DNA of 64,000 nt from the IMG/VR virus record IMGVR_UViG_3300020365_000001, one strand, 5' to 3'. Position numbers and translations under genes: made by a program. Positions 42,801 to 51,084 of the stretch are shown here, piece by piece. Source of the stretch: a virus (taxonomy: Duplodnaviria; Caudoviricetes). Position 1 is the first letter of the stretch, and each line of letters starts with the position of its first letter. Below the pieces are notes generated by a model, which ran no database searches, was not told the DNA's origin, and saw only the letters and a list, made by a program, of their open reading frames with translations.

Positions 42801-45064
42801 ATGGATACTGTAGGAACTTCCTCGTAGTCAAGTCCCACAGTGTCGTCATCGTCCACCAGGACCTCCTGTAAGGTGCCTTTCATCTGTGCAATGCAAGATG
42901 CACCCACTCCGGTGTGTCCTGCCTGTGCAACCGATAGACGGGGAGGATTGATGACATCATATCCATCACCACTATTCAGGACAGTGACAGATTGCAGGGA
43001 ACCATAGAAAATCTTGTCAGTTGCTTTATATGAATAGATCTCAACACCGTTGACAAACAGACCAACGCCACCTTGTACAGTTTTGACTGGACCAGTTGGA
43101 GAAAATTCTGGTTTGTTGAATTTACGCAGCAGTTTCTGAGCACCTAAGTCGGTGTTGTAGAAAATTGTAGGAGTCAGTAACCCAGACTGGGAGGTACCGA
43201 TATCTGCTGCGGTGAATACATCAATATACTGACCACTACGAACGTTCTCGGGAGTAAATGCCAGAGCAATCTGACTATCACTGATCCTCTTGACAAAGTA
43301 AGACTCACCCTCAGTAAGGTTGGTCAGTACAGTGCCAAGAACGTTCTGATAAACAACCTGATCGCCATCATAGAGGTGGTGATCGCTAATGTCGATCAGA
43401 TTAGTGGCACTGTTTGGAGTGAAGAAAGCACGATCCCTCTTGGAAGGATTGATCGCCCAGTGAGGAATGCTATTTGATGCAACAAAGACATTATCGTCTG
43501 GATCAGAATAAGTATTCTGAACGTCAGCAATAACTTGCTGGTTGAGTTTCAGATTACGACGGACTTTATAGCGTTTTTGTGGAGTGAGAGTTGAACAAGC
43601 AACTGTGATGCTATCATCAGAGATAGATGCAGTGATAGTGCCAGGAATTACGACATTATCAACATCAATGATGTCAACTGTGTCACCAGCAATAAAAACA
43701 TGATCGGTGTCAAGTTTGATATTGTAGTTGTTAGAACCGTTTGCGGTAAATTCTAGAATACCATAAGATACAGCGGTATTGTAGATCCAACTAGACCATC
43801 GACGATCATTCTGCTCTATACCCAGAGTCTTGACATTGATGTCACTGCCTTTCTGTTGATTGACTGCCTCGCCATTGAATTTGGAGAGAGACCCAACAAT
43901 CTCCAGTTCAACTGGGCGTTGCAAGTCTCCATTTTCATAAGACTTTGCATTGATTCCTTGAGTTACTGTTGACCCAATAGAAATAGCAACCGGACAAGCA
44001 ACATCAAGATCAAATTTAGTATAACTTTTGTTATTATATCTAAGGACTCTATTATCTACTTTGATATTGCCACTAGTGCTAAAACCAACGGTAGAATCGA
44101 CAAAGATGGAAGTAGCACCAAGGGGTGCTTCAATAGTTGTGAATGACTTGTTTGTTTGTTGGAACTCACCGAAAGTGGTGTTCTCAGAAATAGCAATGCT
44201 GTAATATGTTGTGAGACCAACAATAACAGACTCGACATTGTAGATCGATCCTTCAGTCTTAGTAGGAGAAGTGTCCTGCTCTAAAGATTCTCCAGCAATT
44301 TTCAGGGCATCACCACTAATACCTTTAGCAATGATGACATCATTAGTGACATAATCCGCCGAAGAAGGACGAATCATAAACTTGGCAGGTTGAATCATTT
44401 CAACCGGTTCGCCATACAAAGCACCAAACAGAATCTTGAATGCTTCTTCTGTTCCTTTGGAACGATAAAAATCTTTTGCTTGACGGATAAAGTTGGATTG
44501 ATCAACTCTACCGTGCAACGGACGCTCCGAGAAACCAGGCAGCACCTGCTTTTTCAGTTTCTTCAGGAACTGGGTCAAGAAAACATTACTAAGGTTTTCT
44601 ACCCTTGCACCAACATCATGAGTGCCTACACCACTGGTGCTGAAGGTCAGATACTCAGGTTGGTTGGTTTTGGCGTTATTTTCAATGCCACTGAATCCAC
44701 GGGTGCAACCAGTGAAAGAGTTTGTGGTGATACCAGTATAGGTAATGATCTCATTGTTGATCTTCAGCAGACCATACCTATTAGGCCAACCTTTTGTTGA
44801 CACAACTTCAATGGTTTTTTGTCCACCATCACGATAAGACGTGAGTGATGTAAAACCAATCAGGTTCTCATTGTTGAGAAAGTCGAGACCCTTGTATTCA
44901 ACTAGGTTTTCCGCAATATCAATCGATCCCCCTTGGAATTCCTGGGAGATATAATACTGCTTTAGAAACTCTCCAAAATCAGGATTCTCAGCATCTATAG
45001 ACGCAGGAATTTGACTTTGAACAACCTCGTGTATTTTTACTCGGCTAAGAGAGGTCTCTATCAT
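36824..45064 (-). CDS. gp7: Baseplate wedge initiator (cyanophage gp7-like)
   Basis: 'FLKQYYISQE', 'KDFYRSKGT', 'HSPILGWAYDGNPIYGP', 'DLDEHNGRF' and 'IQDSDYYQSFAYSLKS'; follows gp6. Confidence 0.85.
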   Translation of the reverse strand: MIETSLSRVKIHEVVQSQIPASIDAENPDFGEFLKQYYISQEFQGGSIDIAENLVEYKGLDFLNNENLIGFTSLTSYRDGGQKTIEVVSTKGWPNRYGLLKINNEIITYTGITTNSFTGCTRGFSGIENNAKTNQPEYLTFSTSGVGTHDVGARVENLSNVFLTQFLKKLKKQVLPGFSERPLHGRVDQSNFIRQAKDFYRSKGTEEAFKILFGALYGEPVEMIQPAKFMIRPSSADYVTNDVIIAKGISGDALKIAGESLEQDTSPTKTEGSIYNVESVIVGLTTYYSIAISENTTFGEFQQTNKSFTTIEAPLGATSIFVDSTVGFSTSGNIKVDNRVLRYNNKSYTKFDLDVACPVAISIGSTVTQGINAKSYENGDLQRPVELEIVGSLSKFNGEAVNQQKGSDINVKTLGIEQNDRRWSSWIYNTAVSYGILEFTANGSNNYNIKLDTDHVFIAGDTVDIIDVDNVVIPGTITASISDDSITVACSTLTPQKRYKVRRNLKLNQQVIADVQNTYSDPDDNVFVASNSIPHWAINPSKRDRAFFTPNSATNLIDISDHHLYDGDQVVYQNVLGTVLTNLTEGESYFVKRISDSQIALAFTPENVRSGQYIDVFTAADIGTSQSGLLTPTIFYNTDLGAQKLLRKFNKPEFSPTGPVKTVQGGVGLFVNGVEIYSYKATDKIFYGSLQSVTVLNSGDGYDVINPPRLSVAQAGHTGVGASCIAQMKGTLQEVLVDDDDTVGLDYEEVPTVSILGGNHKDVVARAKMKTVPRVIDFDSTTTGGVVNTSTDTFLFAKPHGFTNGEEIIYTTNGTSNIGIGTTPGTLIDSASYFVRKIDDFSFRLSETKANSLATNVEVIIPITGSGGGIQRFTSVRRRSRIDEILIEGTGSFHNREITTIAGINTFTNSIEINNHGFNSGDVVVYSSDIANIQGLVDDSQYFVSKVSDDIFQLTTDKNNQNLIALNGPGSGTHTFKDPAIQVLVSGRQGITTSNTTATPIVRGSVQNVFVTVPGDNFGSTVINDNFRPEINTVIGKEAFLQPFIVNGRVDQIIIKSGGKDFFSTPDIVITGDGVGAKAKAVVSNGQIVAIEMIEKGGNYTQSQTTVAAKTPGGHAIYSANLNEWTINQVNRYARFGDVSTDDGYYEVAKDSNLGNPYVNYYAPRNLRDYLQDSGGDHSPILGWAYDGNPIYGPVGFKNPNGSGLLGYMQSSYVKLSGQRTNGPSIVNYPAGFFVEDYTYRPGFGDLDEHNGRFTVTPDYPNGVYAYFTTVTSNQISNSGSPFNNGREPIFPYVVGDSYRSQPEVLNLGFGFDQQHDPLKYNLVRNTRNYNINSYDFVSNSQKNTFVQSRIVSTNTGGITSLDIIDGGNEYGVGDNVVFDNSETNGFGAIAHVSKISGPIISSFTSTVNSFPDTTFVYTGGSVTGITTVPHNLVTGTSLRVDDVSSTLHDELEGRHTVTVSSVKSGLSTTINALGINGGITTSVKISDDPSKFEIDDIIRINSEQFRIYRIDTARNELDLLRAQNGTAGVAHTNGSRIDRLERKFTFGLPSCDSTPLDERVYFDATSQLGIGASIGQGETHTITNQRILGTGGTRDIPKGTIFLPNHPFKNGEKITYNYDDGTAIQYLTAGVGTASGWSAPLPETLFVQVVDNSTVGVVTMQNQINSPNSRALFYSNIGVGNTHSFKTVRGEITATIQITDVTATTKNPHTLRPGDEIDMNIVSMGTSSIALTYNPGNRFVSIGNSANPKVTVVDGDLLEFDMSDSSLSNTKLGFYLDSTYQKSFVGSGKSTIEVSYSGAPGSSGSKASVHFTPEVPRTLFYKLESLDTSKIIEVDDSIDDYGKIVVTQSDFTTKASISSVTSDTFKFNIFENPERVGYTSVTADINYTTTSLTEKGPIADLLLVSKGTRYRDLPQVTVGSTTGTSALLRASGSNVGKLDTVEIIQSGYDYPSDKTLRPEAEMPQVLFLKDNFTVSNVAITSTGKKYLTGPDLVIYNTKKNEVNAGTEFKVELLGSSVSNVRIVQGGNNLSSGDNKLVAINNSNGVGIVTVTYSAPNVTLTLKTPETGFDATNMPFAVGDKVFVENVGVTSGHGYNSSTFGFDTFTLTAVNPAVGLINKATITYEVPVDPGVYDLGTFGTVSNDKDIAKFDVTLDEGRFFKGERIINMRNSETSRIVSGEGKVRNVIRVNNVDEFQVGDSITAELSGSGGTIERIETFKGNFDVGVVFKKRFGWENDVGQLSNFYQRIQDSDYYQSFAYSLKSNVGIASWSEPVDALAHIAGFKKHSDMLIPSQPTGVGKTSTTGVGVGTISKSVVLIDSEDSLSNIHNFDLVYEEPNATNTVSDKIIFNAQRFGSSLICKSNRVLEIDDISPQFYDDPNLIRTVAIDSFDTSSANSPVCVKYYAQVVLDSSLGISYNATQYCEFAVFTDGTDAYINQYSDLSDAFDLGEFVVQQNGNVVEVSFEPYNNTFTYDITFYKEAVLKSLGVGSTSYSNIEKIGIASAFSATGSPATHTIQDIDASDFKSGTILVVHSSNTETDLEEYNFLADGTGGVLFSDYGNMNSGSTLGDFDVVQNSGVLKLQYTPAANQAVTIRTLTTSVGVATTAGLNVSEIPKIEVGDAELNATRTEIAATGSPSAVIVSSKDYTNYTSVKYLIQVHNTTDDEYSVFNVSANAFAGYSNYNVYNNLSNATQQKRDIRAIDINISGNNMRLRFTPLANKDYVVRVSEIRIDKPDNVANDTTITL

Positions 45065-45081
45065 TTATTCCGATACTATTT

Positions 45082-46992
45082 CTAGTTAGATGCACCAGTG
45101 CTAGTTATAACAGTTCCACGGACCTTCTTGTCAGCAAAGTAACTGGACTGTGGGACGAATTGTGATCCAGAAGTATTGGCACCGGTTGCAATACTATCCT
45201 TCCTCATGTAGAAGTTGCTCTTAGAGACATCAAACTGCAAGTACAGTTCGTTCTTTGCAAGAACATCGTTCGATTGAGGAATTGCCTCAACCTCAATAAT
45301 ATTGTCGCCCACAAGAGTGGATGTGATGTTGATGGTATCAAGAACAATCTCACCTTTAGCATAATCAATTCGACCAAGGTTCTTGGTGATAACTTTGACG
45401 CTATCATCCTGAAGAATCTGGAACATAAAGATCGTACCCTTATCTTCACTCACCTTTTGGTCACTGAAGTAACAAGTTCCAACAACACCAGACGCAGTAA
45501 ATCCGGTAGACCGGATGTTATACTGCTCATCAGGTGCATACATGGTATTGAGGAAACAAATCTCATACTGGGCAAACTGATTGACTTTGGCAATCAAATC
45601 CCTTCTCATTCTCACTAGGGTGATATTTGAAGTGATAGAAGTATCAACATTGTCAATCGTAGATAGAATCTTACTGTACTTGAACCTGCCGCCGAATTTG
45701 TTGAGTTCCTTGCCAGACCCAAAAGTAGAAAGAGCTTTGATAACATTAGTCTTCAAGTTGTCAATATCTCCAACAAAGTTGGAGTTGTAGTAAACATATG
45801 AGTCAATCTCAACATACAGGAACTTGAGATCAATGAACGTAGGAACAATTCCAGCAATAGAATAACTCTTCAAGTCATTCAAAAGATTCTTCTTAGTCAA
45901 GTTTGACAGGAAAGAACCATTCTTGGGTTTGGCAGCAATGTAAACCCGACCAAACTGGGGAGGATCTAACTCCTCACCACCATAGGCACTAACAGACTCA
46001 ATGTTAGGGAAGATTGCCGGGAGGATTGCTTCATAGTCATTTGCCGTCACTGCCCTGTATTGGGACGCATAGAGGCGGGGAGCGTAATACTTGACACTCT
46101 CCAACGGTTCAATGCTATCGCCGTTCTGAGACGCTTCTAGGGCAACTAGAGCAGCACTAAACCCAGACTCAGTAGCACCATCCTGATCTTTTAGGGTGCC
46201 TGAGAAATTGAACTGCTTGACACCATTACCCACCTTACCATTGGTCTTGATGTAACCAATTTCGATGACATTACCGGATGACAACTTTTTACCAAAGATA
46301 TCATCACCAAACAAGACCTCATACTTCTCGTCAGAAGTTTCTTGGAGCAAATAAATGTTGGACGTAGAGGTGACACCAACAATAGTGTCAACTAGATTAT
46401 AATCAACGCTAGTATTGTCAGAAGCACTATTTTTGATCTTGACTTTGATCGTAGAGGTGTCAACATTGTTGTTGGGGATCACAAACCTTTGATTGGGTTG
46501 TGACTGATCTACGGTAAAAGTATTCTTGATATATTGTCCTTGATAAATCTCAATGTTTGCTCCAGCTTCACCACTGTCTGCTGGGAAAGTGATCTCCTCA
46601 GGAATGGAGAACAAGAAACTGGTATCATTAGTAGAACCATTGGCAACAATGCCAGGTTGGATACTTACAGTCTCAGTATCAGATGCTAGATTAGAAAGGT
46701 CAATGGCAACCAGAGCACGCGCTGCTCTTGCTGAACGAGGAACATATCCAATGTTTCGTGCCAGGGATACAACGTTCTCCCTCAGCGTTGCAGAGTCAAT
46801 GAAAGTCTCATTGACCGCCATGTTGGTGTTATAGGCGGTGCTATAAGCATTATACGCTAAAATATTGATTAGGATGCTGAGGTTAGACCCCTCAAAGTCC
46901 ATATCTGTGAAGTTACTGTTCTCCCTCAGATAGTCTTTGATGGACCTCTTGATGTCCTCAAAATTCAGATTGGTAAATTGGGTGAGTGCCAT
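45082..46992 (-). CDS. gp6: Baseplate wedge subunit
   Basis: Motifs 'DFEGSNLSIL', 'SATLRENVVSLARNIGYVPRS' and 'RAVTANDYE'. Confidence 0.95.
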   Translation of the reverse strand: MALTQFTNLNFEDIKRSIKDYLRENSNFTDMDFEGSNLSILINILAYNAYSTAYNTNMAVNETFIDSATLRENVVSLARNIGYVPRSARAARALVAIDLSNLASDTETVSIQPGIVANGSTNDTSFLFSIPEEITFPADSGEAGANIEIYQGQYIKNTFTVDQSQPNQRFVIPNNNVDTSTIKVKIKNSASDNTSVDYNLVDTIVGVTSTSNIYLLQETSDEKYEVLFGDDIFGKKLSSGNVIEIGYIKTNGKVGNGVKQFNFSGTLKDQDGATESGFSAALVALEASQNGDSIEPLESVKYYAPRLYASQYRAVTANDYEAILPAIFPNIESVSAYGGEELDPPQFGRVYIAAKPKNGSFLSNLTKKNLLNDLKSYSIAGIVPTFIDLKFLYVEIDSYVYYNSNFVGDIDNLKTNVIKALSTFGSGKELNKFGGRFKYSKILSTIDNVDTSITSNITLVRMRRDLIAKVNQFAQYEICFLNTMYAPDEQYNIRSTGFTASGVVGTCYFSDQKVSEDKGTIFMFQILQDDSVKVITKNLGRIDYAKGEIVLDTINITSTLVGDNIIEVEAIPQSNDVLAKNELYLQFDVSKSNFYMRKDSIATGANTSGSQFVPQSSYFADKKVRGTVITSTGASN

Positions 46993-47396
46993 TATAGCCT
47001 AGTAGGTTCAAGTACGAATGATACCGACTGAGCAGGTCTAGTCAGTCCCACAATGTCGTAACTAATAGTCACCGCAAGTGCATTATCATCGGGTCTGCTA
47101 ATAACCTGGATGTCTGTCAGGTCAACCCTTGGTTCAAAGTTGGTTATTGTAGTCTCAATCTCTCCTCGAATGGGATCAATGTAATCATCGTTCGCTAACT
47201 CAAATAACGAAGCGGTAATTCTTGTTCCCAGAAGTGTATTGAAAAATACTTCGCCTAATCGGATACGGACCAAGTTTTGAACGGAACGCTTGATAGCATC
47301 TTCGTTCTTCAGAGGAATTATGTCTTTAGTAACTGGATGAGTTTTCATGGATAAGGAAATATCCTTGAAACCCTCCGACGTTCTCTGAATCGGCAC
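46992..47396 (-). CDS. gp25: Baseplate wedge subunit
   Basis: GTG start; 'FKDISLS..HPVT.D...KNEDAIKRSVQNLV' and 'NFEPRV'. Confidence 0.93.
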   Translation of the reverse strand: MPIQRTSEGFKDISLSMKTHPVTKDIIPLKNEDAIKRSVQNLVRIRLGEVFFNTLLGTRITASLFELANDDYIDPIRGEIETTITNFEPRVDLTDIQVISRPDDNALAVTISYDIVGLTRPAQSVSFVLEPTRL

Positions 47397-47437
47397 TGTG
47401 ACCCTAATATCTCGTATATTTATCTATTTAGAGGCAC

Positions 47438-47464
47438 AAAAAAGGAGGTCCTTTCAGACCCCCT
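47438..47464 (-). terminator. Rho-independent terminator
   Basis: Minus strand AGGGGGTC-TGAAAG-GACCTCCT-TTTTT; it separates the accessory operon from the late promoter boxes of gp25. Confidence 0.75.
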
Positions 47465-47618
47465 CATGTCCTAAGTAACAAATCTCTACATCATCTGGGT
47501 GTGGATATCCATTTGCATAGTATTCGTCAGCAAGATCTTGAGAATATTCTTCCATTTCCGCTTCTGTGATGGAAGCGTAAACTTTCTTCCCACAAACCCA
47601 AATATCATATAGATCCAT
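47454..47618 (-). CDS. 54-aa acidic hypothetical protein
   Basis: Likely start at ATG 47618: MDLYDIWVCGKKVYASITEAEMEEYSQDLADEYY... Confidence 0.65.
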   Translation of the reverse strand: MDLYDIWVCGKKVYASITEAEMEEYSQDLADEYYANGYPHPDDVEICYLGHEGV

Positions 47619-47652
47619 ATATCTATGGCACAGACTCAATTATATAGGCGTA

Positions 47653-48420
47653 TCAGATAATTCGAGTTTTTTCGTGTCCAACTCGACACTTAGGATCACA
47701 CCAAATTTCAAAACCTGCCTTCTGTGCTTCAAGACAGAATGACACATCTTCGCCACACATGTCTTGCACTTCACCAGATTCAAAGACCTGCATCTGTGGA
47801 GCAAACCAAGGATACTTCATCTTCTCGTGCTCGAAGACTCCGTGCTTGATCAGCAACCAACCAAAACCGGTATAGTCCACAGTGAACGGTTTACGACGCT
47901 TCTGGATGCCATCCAGCATCTCATGGTTCATCACACCACCGTTGTTTTTGAAATCTTCTTCTTCCAACCAGTGAGCAACAGAGGTAGTCTGTCCGTCTTC
48001 AGTCACATACCAACCACCAGCAATATCTTTATCCATCCAAAGGAGACGGTAGAACTGCTCTAGACCGAAAACAATATCACTATCAATCCACAACTGATAA
48101 TCATACTTCAGGTTGCCCTGCCAAGGTTTCTGATCTGGACCTTGGAGAACATTAGCGCCCAGACATTTACATCGGGCAAAATTGACCATGGACGAATAGT
48201 CTTGGGAGATCTGCAAAGAACCTCCACGTTGCACAATCTCAAAAGCGAGTTGCACAAAATTCTTCAGGTAGATATATGAAACCGTACGACCGGGAAGACA
48301 GAAAACAAACGTTTTTCCCTTTACCAGTTCGCGGGCAGCTTCAATACTAAACTCATCAGACTTTTTTGCAGCGTCCTCGCTTTCGGGTGGAGTCGTAACC
48401 ACCTTGAATCCTTTTGCCAT
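47653..48420 (-). CDS. Glycosyltransferase-like protein (GT-A fold)
   Basis: DxD motif 'LWIDSDIVF', 'GFGWLLIK.GVF', 'GEDVSFC' and 'VGHEK'. Confidence 0.75.
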   Translation of the reverse strand: MAKGFKVVTTPPESEDAAKKSDEFSIEAARELVKGKTFVFCLPGRTVSYIYLKNFVQLAFEIVQRGGSLQISQDYSSMVNFARCKCLGANVLQGPDQKPWQGNLKYDYQLWIDSDIVFGLEQFYRLLWMDKDIAGGWYVTEDGQTTSVAHWLEEEDFKNNGGVMNHEMLDGIQKRRKPFTVDYTGFGWLLIKHGVFEHEKMKYPWFAPQMQVFESGEVQDMCGEDVSFCLEAQKAGFEIWCDPKCRVGHEKTRII

Positions 48421-48472
48421 GAAATGAAAGGTTTGTCAATTCAATTATACCACCTTATATAGGTTAGCACAA

Positions 48473-49858
48473 TTAGAACACTTTTACGTTATACTTTGCC
48501 TGAAAATCCAGTGCATCACCCCAATCGTTGACCATGGGTTTGCCCCTTATGTTCAATGAAGTGTTGAGTAGTACAGGACAACCTGTGACACGATACCACT
48601 CCTCTAGGATAGGTCTTAGGATGCTGCTAGAGGTCTCAGGTACAGTTTGTACTCGTGCACTATTATCGACGTGTACAGCAGCAGGAATCTCCTCAGGACG
48701 CAAACAATTATAGACATATGACATATACCTAGAATGCGAATGATTCATGTCAAAATAATCCCGACAATGCTCTTCTAGGATTGCAGGAGCAAAAGGCCGG
48801 AATTCCTGGCGTTTTTTGATGCGATTTACTTTTTCCTTGTTCTCGGCTTTCCTAGGATCCGCTAGAAGTGATCTGTTGCCTAAAGCACGGGGACCATACT
48901 CTGCTCTGCCATTTGCAACACCCACAACGCCATTTTCAAGCAAACACTGAACAACATCCTTAGGATCAACCTTACGTTCAATATTATGTCCACAGTAAGG
49001 CGTCCACTGCACTTTCTTGCCAGATACCAACAATGCAGCACCTAACGCCGCTCCAGCATCTCCTGGGTTAGGCATAATCCATAGATTGCACATTTCCCGC
49101 AGTTTGGTGTTAGCAACGCAGTTTAGAGCAACCCCACCACCATAACAAACGTTATTGCTGTACTCAAGTGCTATCTTGAAGATTTTGGTCAGTTCTTCTT
49201 CCAAAACAACTTGAGCACTCTTTGCCAAGTCAAAAGTTGAGTTGGAGAAGTCAATATTGATTCCCCGGTGATTATTTTCTGTTAGGAGTTGTCTGAGTTG
49301 GTTTTCGTGCTTATTTTCACCAAATGCCGCCATACCCATAAAAATATACTCTTCATCCAAAGGACGAAGACCAGCATACTTCGTTAGAGCAGAATACCAA
49401 AGACCAATCGACTTTGGATACTTCTTAGACCAGACTTTCGTATATTTCGCTCTTCCGTCAATCATATTGGCAACCCAGACTGAACTACAGTCAAATTCGC
49501 CAATACTGTCTACAACAACACATGCTGCCTGCTCAAACACCGAAGTTTGGAATGCTGCGGCAGCATGAGACAAATGATGGGTAAAATCTACCGTAGGACG
49601 AAATCTTAGTTCCCTAGGTTTGTTCCAATGCTTCTGTCCAGCAAAAAACTGCCTCATCCGTTTAGGAAAAGGTTTTTCATAGAAAGCATAGACACCATCA
49701 TAGGTATTCAGTGCTTCCGCCATAAATGCAGCTTCATCACAAAGATATTTGTCATGTTTCTTCTTTGAGTACCTTTCGCCGTGTGTGGCAAAGATAATTC
49801 TGTCTTCATGAACTACTGCAACTGCTGAGTCATGAAAACCTTCGGAAAAACCAATCAT
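48473..49858 (-). CDS. NodU/CmcH-family carbamoyltransferase
   Basis: 'HDSAVA', 'HHLSHAA', 'GGVALNC', 'PGDAGAALG', 'EYGPRALGNRS', 'RPFAP' and 'LLNTSLN'. Confidence 0.95.
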   Translation of the reverse strand: MIGFSEGFHDSAVAVVHEDRIIFATHGERYSKKKHDKYLCDEAAFMAEALNTYDGVYAFYEKPFPKRMRQFFAGQKHWNKPRELRFRPTVDFTHHLSHAAAAFQTSVFEQAACVVVDSIGEFDCSSVWVANMIDGRAKYTKVWSKKYPKSIGLWYSALTKYAGLRPLDEEYIFMGMAAFGENKHENQLRQLLTENNHRGINIDFSNSTFDLAKSAQVVLEEELTKIFKIALEYSNNVCYGGGVALNCVANTKLREMCNLWIMPNPGDAGAALGAALLVSGKKVQWTPYCGHNIERKVDPKDVVQCLLENGVVGVANGRAEYGPRALGNRSLLADPRKAENKEKVNRIKKRQEFRPFAPAILEEHCRDYFDMNHSHSRYMSYVYNCLRPEEIPAAVHVDNSARVQTVPETSSSILRPILEEWYRVTGCPVLLNTSLNIRGKPMVNDWGDALDFQAKYNVKVF

Positions 49859-49974
49859 TCTTCAGGATTTGGTTCCTCATCCATATCATCGTCATCTTCG
49901 TAAATGAATGGGTCCATTCGACGAATCTGACGTAACCGCCACTGTAGTATCAACCAAGAGAACGGATTGAACAT
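49855..49974 (-). CDS. 39-aa DPFIY peptide coupled to the carbamoyltransferase (not in ORF track)
   Basis: MFNPFSWLILQWRLRQIRRMDPFIYEDDDDMDEEPNPEE; its stop overlaps the carbamoyltransferase start (ATGA). Confidence 0.7.
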   Translation of the reverse strand: MFNPFSWLILQWRLRQIRRMDPFIYEDDDDMDEEPNPEE

Positions 49975-50001
49975 ATGAATGAGTAGTGCGTTCTATGTAT
50001 A

Positions 50002-50895
50002 TTACTTTATTTCCCATCTTTCGGGGAGATAACCGAAATACATTCTAAAATTGTCATATATTGGTTTACACATTTGTTTTGCATACTCCATAGTTTCTTT
50101 TGGCATATGCATCACGTCAGATTCCCACTGATCGTTCAAATACTGTATATGGGGTGCTGCTGGACCCAAATCCGGCACATATGCGTTTTTGTGGACTTCT
50201 TTGATTTCATATCCGATAAAATCCGACAATGGTTTGGTTTCTCCATTCCAGAAATCCTCCATAATCGTAATATGACAATTTTCCGACCCAAACGCCATTG
50301 CCCACTTCAAAAACATTTCTGCATACCCAAAATCGACGCCAGATTTCATAAAATGGCGAACTGGGTCATTAGGATTTTGTTTTTGACGCACAGACCACAA
50401 TCTGCGAATTGGATCTCGGAAAACGATGCTAATTTTTACATCAAAGTGTTTTTTTAGGTCAGGAGCAATCGACATGATGAAATTTTCATCACAATACCCG
50501 TTTGGGTTGCTAAAATCTGCTACTGCCTTATAATCGTCTTTGATATTGTCCCAATGCCGTTCGTAGTACTCAATATACTTTTGTAGAGTAAACGGAGGAG
50601 ACCAAAAATACTTTATTTCCTCCTCAGTCCACTTTCCTGCAACATAAGGAGACTCATGAGTAAATATCTTTGGTTTTCTCGTTGACGTTGATTGTTTTGA
50701 CGGTCCAAAAAACTCTTTGTAAAATCTGACACGCTCAAAGGTCTTTTTTTCTGCCGCCAGGTTCATCAACCACAAATATCCCTTCTCTTTCCGATGCCCA
50801 GCATGGCAATACTTGTTATACCAACCTAAAGTGTAATATAATGGAGTTGTACCAGACCATCCGGTGCCAACATTCAAAAATAAGGTGGGTTTCAT
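50002..50895 (-). CDS. Sulfotransferase-fold protein A
   Basis: 5'-PSB-like 'GTGWSGTTPL', 'KE..Y' and 3'-PB-like 'FRDPIRRLWS'. Confidence 0.75.
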   Translation of the reverse strand: MKPTLFLNVGTGWSGTTPLYYTLGWYNKYCHAGHRKEKGYLWLMNLAAEKKTFERVRFYKEFFGPSKQSTSTRKPKIFTHESPYVAGKWTEEEIKYFWSPPFTLQKYIEYYERHWDNIKDDYKAVADFSNPNGYCDENFIMSIAPDLKKHFDVKISIVFRDPIRRLWSVRQKQNPNDPVRHFMKSGVDFGYAEMFLKWAMAFGSENCHITIMEDFWNGETKPLSDFIGYEIKEVHKNAYVPDLGPAAPHIQYLNDQWESDVMHMPKETMEYAKQMCKPIYDNFRMYFGYLPERWEIK

Positions 50896-51050
50896 GATTT
50901 GGACAATTCAACTCTAATTTGTTCGACGGTATAGTCGGTTTTTATACCCGCCATGATCATTCTTTGCATTGTGATCTGAATATCTTCTGCTTGCTCTTTA
51001 GTCAACTCTGTAAAAATAATTTTTTTGTCTAGATAGACATCATAAGGCAT
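50892..51050 (-). CDS. 52-aa hypothetical protein
   Basis: Likely start at ATG 51050 (MPYDVYLDKKIIFTELTKEQAED...); ATGA-coupled to sulfotransferase A. Confidence 0.6.
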   Translation of the reverse strand: MPYDVYLDKKIIFTELTKEQAEDIQITMQRMIMAGIKTDYTVEQIRVELSKS

Positions 51051-51084
51051 AAGTGACCTCCAATTTTGTACAATATATAGGTTT

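Noticed and set aside
97-47000. Many plus-strand ORFs opposite structural genes (e.g. 97..639, 709..1248, 10085..10726, 21461..22672, 30285..30998) and short off-frame minus-strand ORFs
   Set aside because: These are shadows of well-identified minus-strand genes, produced by codon bias (and fewer antisense TAA stops); they have no motifs or RBS context.
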